DNA of 32,000 bases, from assembly GCF_000400465.1 (NCBI RefSeq), contig NW_008806275.1, positions 459,656 through 491,655 of the forward strand, read 5' to 3'. Numbering within the stretch: the stretch's first letter is position 1; every line of letters begins with the position of its first letter. A program made the position numbers and the translations under genes. The stretch is from Wallemia ichthyophaga EXF-994 (taxonomy: Eukaryota > Fungi > Basidiomycota). This document shows, one piece after another, positions 1 to 8,540 of this stretch. Below the pieces are notes generated by a model. It saw only the letters and a program-made list of their open reading frames with translations, did not search any database and was not told the origin of the DNA.

Positions 1-262
1 AGCATACATCGGAGAGAATCAGGGAGTGAAAGGGTGGGTGGAAATGGGTGATATACTATGAGGCTTTGGATACTATGGATACTATGGATTCTGCTACTAA
101 GATTAATTACTGATACTGCTGACCCTAATGATACCACCGCGTCGAGCAGATAGCCAGATAACCAGTAGTAGTAGGGTAGTCAAGAAGATAAAGGGAAGGT
201 TGAAGCATAAAAAAGAAAGAAAGAAAAGGAATACCAATTGAAGTTCAGCCTCAAGCTCAAGC

Positions 263-1988
263 TCACTGACTCTCATAATAGCCATTACGGAAAGCAGGGC
301 TGGAGGGGGAGCGATGCGAGGGAAAAGATTTATGAGCGCCGTCGAAGCCACCTCTACCACGATAACCACCGCGATAACCACTGCCACCACCTCTACCTCT
401 TCCGCCGCCACTACCTCTACCTCTTCCGCCTCTAGCTCTAGAGTAGAAAGGATTATCGAGGGATTCGCCGAACGTGTCAAGGTTCCTACATCTCTCCTCT
501 TCACGCGCCGCCCTAGCGAGGAGTCTGCCGCTGTTAGAGTTGGAGTTGAGGTGGGTGTATTCGTGCTGCATCTGCGTTTGCTGATGAGGAGGCAACTGCT
601 TCTGCATCTGGTGCTGTTTTTGTTGCCCAAAGCTAGTGGTGTTCGACGAGAGTGAGTCGAAGAAAGACGACGATTTGTTATAAGCGGGAGCGGCGGCAGT
701 TTCTTGATCGACTTGGACGTGCTCCTCCTCTGCCGGGACACCACCTGCACTACTGACAGGTTCACCAGAGAGGAGATCCGCTGCATCGAGCTCCAACTCC
801 AACTCCACATTCACGTCGCCTTCAACTCCTTCGTGCTGCCCCGTGTCCATCTTGCGGTGTATTTTCCTAAACACAGCATTCGAGCGCTCGAAATCGAAAT
901 CGGAGGGTGGAACAATGTGCGAGGAGTGAGACGTGTGCGATGATTTAGAGTGCGGTTGCGTGTGTCTTTTGGGGCGTGATTGTGCATGTGTTGGTTCACT
1001 AGGTCTGTCGTACAAGGACGCCTGCTTCTCTTTCCTGCTCGCTGCATTCATGACACCAGCCTCCTGGGCCACCTCTGCTCTAGCGTTAGCGTCATCCTTG
1101 AGCTTAATGCGCGACATAGCGTCTTCTATTTTTTCTGCACGGATAGGTTGGATGGGTTGATTAGATGGGGAGTGAACTGTGGGTTGTACTGGTTGAGCAG
1201 TGGGTGGCTGAGGAGTGTGTGTGGATGTTTGGGAAGTGGCCGGGACTGGGTGAGGTGGCTGTGCTGGTTGTGCGACCTGCACCTGCACTGGAGGGTGCGG
1301 TTGAGCTGGCGGAGGCTGCTGCGAAGGAGGACCATTAGGAGGACCATTAGGAGGGCCATTAGGAGGAGCATTTGGAGGACCATTAGGACCATTAGGGTAA
1401 GGCATGTAAGGTGGGAACATGTGAGGTGGAGGCGGGTAGTAGCCTGGCATGCCCGGCATTGGGGGGAAGCCGATGAAAGGGCGCTGAGGGGTGCCTGGGT
1501 GGGGAGGATTAGTTGGGTGAGGTGTTTGCTGTGAGGGTGTTTGTGCCTGTGGTTGAGCGGCTACTTTCGGAGAAGGGCGAGCGGTCTAGAGCGGGATTAG
1601 GTAAAAGACTTTTAAAATAAACGCCCAAACTCACACCAACAATAGCAGGATCATCTGGAATGCTGCTATTACCGCTGGTCACCGGTGGAGGTTGCTCGAC
1701 TTGGAGATTCTTGACATCAGCCGCTTTGAAGACAATAAAGTCGTAGATGGATTCAGAGAGAGGAATATCAGACATATCGGTGACATCGTTCTTATTGCGT
1801 CTGCCTTCAGTTCCCATCGACTGTACTGTACAAGTTATTTTAGCCAATTGTCTGCTCTTTACTCCCTACACACCCTTCTGGAGAGAGATGGTCGCTGCGG
1901 TGTGGTCAATAGCCACCAGCGTGCCTTTGTAGCGTATCTCGGATTTAGACACGAGTGATATCCTCGAGCCGATGAAGTTTGAGGCCAT
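263..1988 (-). CDS. SCD6: Scd6/Lsm14 (RAP55) mRNA decapping activator and P-body protein; 3 exons (1988-1874, 1825-1635, 1585-263), 542 aa
   Basis: Spliced N-terminus MASNFIGSRISLVSKSEIRYKGTLVAIDHTAATISLQKVQSMGTEGRR...YDFIVFKAADVKNLQV is an Lsm14 domain. It is followed by a Pro/Gln-rich linker, DFDF box (SDFDFERSNAVF), FFD box (SSFFDSLS), TFG box (NLDTFGE) and RGG tail. GT-AG introns 1873-1826 (48 nt) and 1634-1586 (49 nt) restore the frame. Confidence 0.95.
1329..1397 (-). repeat. Degenerate 12-bp coding tandem repeat (GGACCATTAGGA-like) encoding PPNG repeats in Scd6
   Basis: The + strand reads ggaccattagga ggaccattagga gggccattagga ggagcatttgga ggaccattagga ccattagg; the protein reads PNGPNGPPNAPPNGPPNGPPNGPP. 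Confidence 0.85.
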
Positions 1989-2034
1989 GACTGTTGGTGG
2001 TTAAGGAGCAATTCAAAGTAAGATTAAATTTATT

Positions 2035-2514
2035 TTATTCTTTTACACCAATTATCCCACTTAGCCCACTCAGTCCACCCGCAGCTGCCCCAATCGCTGC
2101 TCCACCCAGCACTCCATTCACCATTCTCGCACGCCGCAAGACGAGCGTGGGCAGCGTGAGTGATCCCAGTACTCCTCCGATTATTCCATAGTCTGTAGCC
2201 TTATTCAGTGTTTTCTGTCTTGTTGTATGCGTGTTTCTCCCAGCATCCATCTCCCCCCTCAAATATCCTACAGCTCCCCCGACAGGCACTCCAATCAACG
2301 CTGCACTCATCCACGTATTCCTGAGCAGACTGTTCAAGCTACCTGTAACTTTCTTACGCCTCACCATCTGCACTATCTGAACCACAGGCGACACTCCACC
2401 CACCACCGCGAACCCATTTCCAGCATCTTGGATTATCACTGATTTTGACAAAGTGCCAAGTCCATTATCCTCCATTTTCACTTTTTCAGCAGCTGGGCTA
2501 TTATGGGTAGACAT
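2035..2514 (-). CDS. Uncharacterised small membrane protein with GxxxG/glycine-zipper helices, 159 aa, intronless
   Basis: The first ATG is at 2514 (the track starts at an upstream TTG). Hydrophobic Gly-rich segments: AALIGVPVGGAVG, GIIGGVLGSLTLP, GVLGGAAIGAAAGGLSG. An AATAAA follows the stop immediately. Confidence 0.75.
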   Translation of the reverse strand: MSTHNSPAAEKVKMEDNGLGTLSKSVIIQDAGNGFAVVGGVSPVVQIVQMVRRKKVTGSLNSLLRNTWMSAALIGVPVGGAVGYLRGEMDAGRNTHTTRQKTLNKATDYGIIGGVLGSLTLPTLVLRRARMVNGVLGGAAIGAAAGGLSGLSGIIGVKE

Positions 2515-2593
2515 GATCGAACAAGAGCAAAGTAAAGCAAAGTAAAGCAATAAAAAATATCAAATACGCAACACGTAAACTAAACAAACCACT

Positions 2594-4882
2594 CTATACA
2601 GTCCTCTCAACCAACTTAATTCCCTCCAACTCAAGCTTCTCCATAATAGGTTTGTTGATATGAGCTGAGTAAGGTGCGACGATACCTCTATCCTTGAGGG
2701 TGCCATCGAGGACAAGCTGCGTGGCCACACCGCAAGGCACACCAACGAGCTTTGCCATAGCAGTGTAACCGCCTGGCGTACCGTAATCGAGGAGGGTAGA
2801 AGTGCGTGTCTCCTTACGTCCATCAGCCCAAACGATACCGAATTTATGCTGGAGCATAACCATATCTCTCTCACCCTGCTCGTATTGCATCTTCTTTTCG
2901 AGCGTTGCGCACAGTGTGTCGAGGAGGTTGCCACGTGGTGTGGTCATCTCCGTACTGAAGAGACCTATCCAGCGCAATCCTGAGAGGATACGTTCTTCCT
3001 CGCTCTTGCTTGGGAATCCGACCTTATCAACGATAGCGCGACAGAGTGTGTCTTCTGAATCATCTGACACTCCCAATGCCTTTGCGGTTACTGTGTTCCA
3101 TGGCGCACTCACTCCAGCATATTCCCTTGGTGAGTCATCCAAAAATCCTAACTTGACTAAAGCATTGATGAACTCTGGGAATCCCTGGTAGCGCAATGTA
3201 CCCCTGACGAGATTGTTACATTCAGGGATACTGTAGAAATCGCGGAATGGCGTCGAGTCACGGTTAGGGTAAGCGACGAATGCGAAGGCAGGAGAAATGT
3301 AGTATGGTTGTGCAGTAGCCATCAACTCAGGTCCAGCTACCTCTTTAGCAGCACCCTCATGGTAGAACTTGGCTGTGTTGCGGAGAGCTAACAATACTCC
3401 TCTGCTAGACCAGCTGAACTTGTAACCGAGTGGATTGTCGGCAGATTCCGGTGCAGGCAAACCTCCACAGTACGACAGGAATGTGTCTATCTTACCACCA
3501 TGTGCATGTACCTCATCGAACATCTTTACAGCGTAAAGATGATCGAGACCGGGATCGAGACCAATCTCATTCATAACTGTAATACCGGCCTTCTTAGCAT
3601 CACCCTCGAGTTCCTTCATGGCGGGGCTAACGTAGGAGGTAGTGACAACATGTGTCTTGCCCTTGATGGCAGATTTGATGACATTGGCGTGGAAAGTGTA
3701 TGGGATAAGTGAGACGACAACGTCAAATTGCGCAACGAGCTCATCGAGTGCTTTCTCATTACCCACGTCAATAGAAACAGCAGTAGCTCTGTCTAAACCG
3801 ATAGCCATCTGTTGTGCAGTTTGCAAGGTACGACAACCGATAGTGAGGTGGTTACGTGCATCGCGGAGTAAATACTCAACGGCTGGGAGAGCAACGAAAC
3901 CAGAACCAAGGAGAAGAACCTTTTTAGCCTCACCCTCAGCTTTAGCGACATTTGGAGCTACGTAACGACTGTCGTTGAGTGCAGAATCAGCAAACTGAGG
4001 CAATTGGAAAGCGCACTGGTGGATCTTTGAGTTGTAGTACTTGCAGTCAGGCACCTCTCTCAATGGCTTGCGGAGGTTACGAGAGCCATCCTTTGAGCAG
4101 ACGATGAAACCAATCTGACCAGATGGGTAGGTGGGGATGGTAGTATAAGCGTACTCAGCAGTTGCGAAAAGTTCTCTTGTAGCGAGTCTAAGAGATTTAA
4201 TGAGAGGAAGGTGTAACCAGATACATTCACCCTGAGTGGAAATGTGACCACCTTCTCTAAGGGCATTCTTGAGGAGTTCAAAGAAGGCCTTCTCAAATAA
4301 AGCAGCAGCAGGACCTTCAGGGTCGGAGGAATCGGTGATGATCACATCAAAGTAATTCTTCTTATCCTGGAGGAATTTGAAGCCATCGCCGATAAAGACG
4401 GTGACCTTTTCGTGGTTTAAAGCTTGAGCCATGTGTGGGAGATAAGCCTTTGAAACTCTCGGGACAGCTTCGTCGATGTCGCATAAAACAGCCTCCTGCA
4501 CTTGAGGATGTTTGACGACTTCACGGAGAACACCACCATCACCACCACCAATAACCAAAACTCTCTGTGGGTTTGGATGTGAGGCCATTGGGAGATGGGT
4601 GATCATCTCTTGATATGAAAATTCGTCACGCTCAGTGCATTGAACAGCACCGTCGAGGACAAGAACATTGCCGTAGGATTGAGATTCAAAAACCAAAACA
4701 TCTTGGAATTGGGACTTCTCAACGTGCAGAATTTTATTTACTTTAAGGGAGAGTGCTTGACCTGGCCATTGAGGGGATATCTCGTGGAACCAGTTGTCTG
4801 TGGGTGGGTATTAGAGGGTTATTATTGGTGTAAATATCCACACACTATTATCAATTGCAGGATGACTCAATGGAGAAGACAT
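2594..4882 (-). CDS. SPE3-LYS9: Bifunctional spermidine synthase-saccharopine dehydrogenase (reductase) fusion; 2 exons (4882-4846, 4797-2594), 746 aa
   Basis: Spermidine synthase motifs: [36 protein letters not shown]. These are fused in frame to saccharopine reductase motifs [23 protein letters not shown] and [10 protein letters not shown]. Intron 4845-4798 is 48 nt. Confidence 0.97.
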
Positions 4883-4926
4883 GATGGACGTAAGGGAGGA
4901 AGGATCTTTCTTAAATAAAAACAATC

Positions 4927-5270
4927 ATGTCATCAACAGTGTTTAGACCATTTAGATTTTTAGTGAGAAATATATCCAACCAATCAGATCAATTCTAATT
5001 AACTCAATTATCAGCATCGTATGGCACATGAGCAACCAGTCTACTTGTGGTCATTTGGGATTGGTTTAGCTGGCCCAGTAATGGTTTTAGTTGTCCCTGA
5101 AATACGCAAATCTTTCTTCAACTGGAAGCCTGCTGATCGCTTGCCAACTTCATATCCCCGTGGGTGTTATTGTACACCTGAATATACCCATTAACTCACA
5201 CACACACACAGTCCCAAACCGTGAGAGAAGGTTGGTTGCTGGTTTTGAGGATAGCCAGGATAACCAGTAA
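4927..5270 (+). CDS. NDUFA3: NADH:ubiquinone oxidoreductase 9.5-kDa accessory subunit (NI9M/NDUFA3 family); 3 exons (4927-4962, 5015-5159, 5212-5270), 79 aa
   Basis: Not in the ORF track. Removing two 52-nt GT-AG introns gives MSSTVFRPFRFLHRMAHEQPVYLWSFGIGLAGPVMVLVVPEIRKSFFNWKPADRLPTSYPLPNRERRLVAGFEDSQDNQ. This has the family pattern AHEQP...GLAGP...P.SYPLP.R.R....GFED and one transmembrane helix. Confidence 0.88.
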
Positions 5271-5326
5271 ATTCTTGTACTATCTACGATAAATTCATTT
5301 CAATTTCATCCTTAGACCCATCCATC

Positions 5327-5944
5327 ATGACTGATTTAGCTTCTCCTTCCACCTCACAGGCACCCCAGCCAGTTCACGTTTTTTACTGTGGTATTTGCCA
5401 GTTCCCTGTCGAGTACTGCGAATTCTCAAACTCTTTTAAGCGTTGCAAGCAGTGGTTGGAGGATGAGCACCCTGATGTCTACGCCGACCTCTACTCCGCA
5501 GATGCCCTGAAAGAAAAGATGGGCTCTCTATCCCTCGAGGCTGAGCAGAAGCTCGAACAAGACGTCGCAAAGAACGAAGCCAGAGCCGAGAAGAAGGCTC
5601 TCAAAGAAATTGAACAAAAGAAATCCTCCAAGATCACTATCATCCGTGAAGAGAGAACTAAACGCAAGGTTACCACCCACATACAAAACCTAGATGCTTT
5701 CAACGTTGACCTTAAACCCGCTGCCAAACTGCTAGCTCAAAAGTTCGCTACTGGTTCGAGCGTCACTAAGAACCCTCAAGGCAAAGATGAAATCGTTGTA
5801 CAGGGCGACGTCACCGATGAAGTCGAGGATATGCTCCACGCTCGTCAGAAAGTACTCAGTACTCTACCCGAGAAAGTTAAAGTCGTCAAAGAGGATAAGA
5901 AGAAGAAGAAAAACACCGAGGAGGATCAGCAGCAGCAAGAATAA
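5327..5944 (+). CDS. TMA22: Translation machinery-associated protein 22 (DENR), zinc ribbon plus SUI1 domain, 205 aa
   Basis: YCGICQFPVEYCEF zinc motif; SUI1-like REERTKRKVTTHIQNL...KFATGSSVTKNPQGKDEIVVQGD. Confidence 0.95.
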   Translation: MTDLASPSTSQAPQPVHVFYCGICQFPVEYCEFSNSFKRCKQWLEDEHPDVYADLYSADALKEKMGSLSLEAEQKLEQDVAKNEARAEKKALKEIEQKKSSKITIIREERTKRKVTTHIQNLDAFNVDLKPAAKLLAQKFATGSSVTKNPQGKDEIVVQGDVTDEVEDMLHARQKVLSTLPEKVKVVKEDKKKKKNTEEDQQQQE

Positions 5945-6056
5945 ATTATCTGTTTATGTATCAAAAGATAGATGCACTACTTGTCTTAATTTCTTCCTTT
6001 TGTCGTGGCTTTTATCTTCTTTTTGGTATCTTTATGTTGAGTGTATTCGCGTACAC

Positions 6057-7056
6057 CTAAAATATGCTTGTCTCAAGCGTCCACGTTCTTCTCGACCAAA
6101 CCTTGACTTTATTCTGCGACTCTTTATCATCATCCTCCTCACCCCTGCTGAGATCAATATCGATTCCATCCCACCAGCATTTCCTAGCTGGTTTACGCCA
6201 AAATAGGAGAAGTTTCTGCGCCGTCATCATCTGGTTGTTATCGATTTTCGCCTCTTTATCCGGCCCCGCAATGATACCAGTGTTGAGCAAGACGAGAGCG
6301 ATGGACGTAATGCAACATCTCGCCGGCTCCAGCGCTCTGTACCCCCATTTATCGTCTCTGCTAAAACCCGACATGCACAACATATCAATAAGATGTTGCT
6401 CCGCTACGTTATTCTCCTTGTTCACATTACGCTGCAACGCAGTGAATATCTTCTGCCTCTGGTGCAAACTGTGCCCAGCATCCAACTTTAATTTGAATAG
6501 CGCCTCATTCGGTGTACCATTCTCCAGTGTCCGCGCGGGGGAATCGCGCTGCGGAATGACAAAATACTCGAGCTCCTCCCTCAAAACTATGACAGCCTGC
6601 TTAGTGAGAAGGGGATTGTTAGCGAGTTCGTATGCCCATTGCGTGTCGTATGTCCCGTTGGGCGAGGGTGTGATTAACGACTGATGATACTGTATTGTGC
6701 CGGGACTTGTGGCTGTGCCGTAGAAATCTGTCGCTGCTTGTTTGAAGAAATCGATTACGTATCTGAAGCACTCAGGATCGAACTGTGTAGGTTGTGTGAG
6801 TGGTGTGATATGCCTTGCTCTACTGCACACTCACATCCACATAGTATATGTCATCCTCTACACTCTCATCCTCCTCAGAAGTAGACGTGTTAGGTGGCTT
6901 CGATAGTACCAACCCATTCGGGAATAGACATAGCAGCACCGATTCAGGCATATTCATCAGCTGATCGCGCTCGACGACGAATGAGTGTCCTCTGAGATCT
7001 AAATTTAATTTCATGACCAGCTGCGAGCTGAGATCAACGCCATTTCCTGTATCCAT
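6057..7056 (-). CDS. WHI2: Whi2 BTB-fold nutrient/stress growth regulator; 2 exons (7056-6835, 6782-6057), 315 aa
   Basis: LDLRGHSFVVERDQLMNMPESVLLCLFPNG, YVD|FDPECFRYVIDFF, VLREELEYFVIP, QHLIDMLCMSGF, KLLLFWRKPARKCWWDG and WSRRTWTLE match Whi2. Intron 6834-6783 is 52 nt. Confidence 0.9.
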
Positions 7057-7317
7057 TGTGGAGATTGTGGGTGTCGTGGGTGTCGTGTGTTGTGGTCGTG
7101 GTGGTTGGGGTTAAGAGGGGATAAGAGATGAGATGAGCGCTGTAGATGAGAGATGCGAGATATATGAGGGATAAGAATGCTTAGACTCGTTCTATGTTTC
7201 AATATAACTTGCACATTTCCACCTTCTTGCAGCCAAACACCCGTGACCAATAAACCCGTCGGTAGAATCACTCAGCCATCTAGCCCCATTAACACACCTT
7301 CAACAGCCACACGTACA

Positions 7318-7692
7318 ATGTCCACCTTCAGCAGATTCGCTAGCTGGGCCAAATCTCCCGCAGCGAGGGAGTACTTCTTCTCCACCCATTTCTGGGGTCC
7401 AGTAGCCAATTGGGGATTGCCATTAGCTGCTCTAGCCGACTTACGAAAGGATGAGGAAATCATTTCTGGCACCATGACAGCCACGATGGTTGTTTACTCT
7501 ACAACTTTCTCCAGATTCGCGTGGAGAGTAAACCCACGCAATTACTTGCTTCTCGCTTGTCACGCTACAAACGCAGTAACCCAGTCTGTCCAAGCCCTTA
7601 GATTCTCCAATTACTGGTACTTGGGCGGAAGAGAGGGTAGGTTGGCTGAGAAAGCTTCGCTTGGTGCAGACGCTGCCAATGCCGGTAAATAG
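7318..7692 (+). CDS. MPC1: Mitochondrial pyruvate carrier subunit 1, 124 aa, intronless
   Basis: [23 protein letters not shown]...[22 protein letters not shown] is the MPC1 signature. First ATG at 7318. Confidence 0.93.
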   Translation: MSTFSRFASWAKSPAAREYFFSTHFWGPVANWGLPLAALADLRKDEEIISGTMTATMVVYSTTFSRFAWRVNPRNYLLLACHATNAVTQSVQALRFSNYWYLGGREGRLAEKASLGADAANAGK

Positions 7693-7756
7693 ATAGACGT
7701 AATGGATAATTGACAATGCATGGATATTCTGATTCCTTATTCTTACTCGTGCTCTA

Positions 7757-7788
7757 ACTTGTACTTGCACTTGTACTTGCACTTGCAC
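7757..7788. repeat. Hexamer microsatellite (ACTTGY)x5 between the convergent MPC1 and Smr-like genes
   Basis: acttgt acttgc acttgt acttgc acttgc ac. Confidence 0.9.
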
Positions 7789-7789
7789 G

Positions 7790-8383
7790 CTAATTTACCT
7801 CCTCCGCTTTCACAATCAACGCCCCCGGATGGCTGGGATCTTGCGACGGTGATGCTCCGATATCCTTCAACCACTCCTCCAGCTAAACTGCAAGGTGATT
7901 GCTGACGTCTTTCATTTGCCGACTGGGCACGATACCCGTCAGCAATCTAAGGTCCCTCTCTGGGAACTTATGCGCCGTCTCTACTACCACCTCTTTAGCC
8001 TGCTCGAGAGTCATCTGGGCGACGTCGGTGATCAAAGCGGGAGGTATTCTAGTAACTCTGCGTATCTCAATGCACCCAGCGACGTTATCATCCACCGTGT
8101 AATCCACTCCTAGCTCATTGAGATAGTCGCATATCGCTTTCTCCATATTCACATCCTCGACAACGGGCACGCCTTCGCCCTCCTCACCTACCACTACAGG
8201 CCTGCTTCCTAGTGGTAGCTTGATGTCGACGCACTGATATCGCAGAAGCGCATCGTCTACTATCTTCTTGGCTTTGTGCAAACTACCCGCACCGTGGCAA
8301 TCTACTTGAAAACGCTGCGAGTCTAGCGCGTTAGAGTGCGAGCGCTGCATCGTGTCACTTCTAATTTTGTTTATTTGCTCCAT
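7790..8383 (-). CDS. Small protein of two degenerate Smr (small MutS-related)-like domains; an in-frame TAG at 7885-7883 interrupts the second domain and the reading frame continues to 7790
   Basis: Repeat 1: QVDCHGAGSLHKAKKIV...MEKAICDYLNELGVDYTVDDNVAGCIEI. Repeat 2: TDVAQMTLEQAKEVV...LRLLTG, then after the TAG LEEWLKDIGASPSQDPSHPGALIV. This matches the Smr pattern DLHG...EA...LRIITG...V..WL...G......NPG.L.V. The domain call is by eye. Confidence 0.6.
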
Positions 8384-8540
8384 TGTGGAAACTGTTCAAC
8401 TAAGGTGGCGAACAAGTTGAAAGAATGAGTGCCTGAGTGGCTACTTATGTCATGGATCAGAGGCAGAAATCAATTCAATTCAAAACATCGAATACGTCTA
8501 AGAGTGGTGCTTTTTCATGTTAAAATTACAATTCTATATT

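Noticed and set aside
46-92. GATACTATG-like repeat, three copies, downstream of SCD6
   Set aside because: Short degenerate tandem repeat in a 3' flank with no spacers or other structure; not CRISPR-like, and the context is eukaryotic.
103-1534. Long alternative-frame ORFs (103-810, 314-655, 980-1534, 1126-1392)
   Set aside because: They are shadows of the low-complexity Pro/Gln/RGG coding sequence of SCD6; several begin at non-ATG codons and show no domain features.
7116-7176. Two GAGGG(G)ATAAGA motifs in the WHI2/MPC1 divergent promoter
   Set aside because: They could be nitrogen-GATA sites, but two GATAAG hexamers in a purine-rich tract are too weak to call.
263-8383. Apparent cluster of mRNA and ribosome quality-control genes (SCD6, TMA22, Smr-like)
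   Set aside because: They are interspersed with unrelated metabolic genes and share no motif I can see; housekeeping genes often co-occur by chance in a dense genome.
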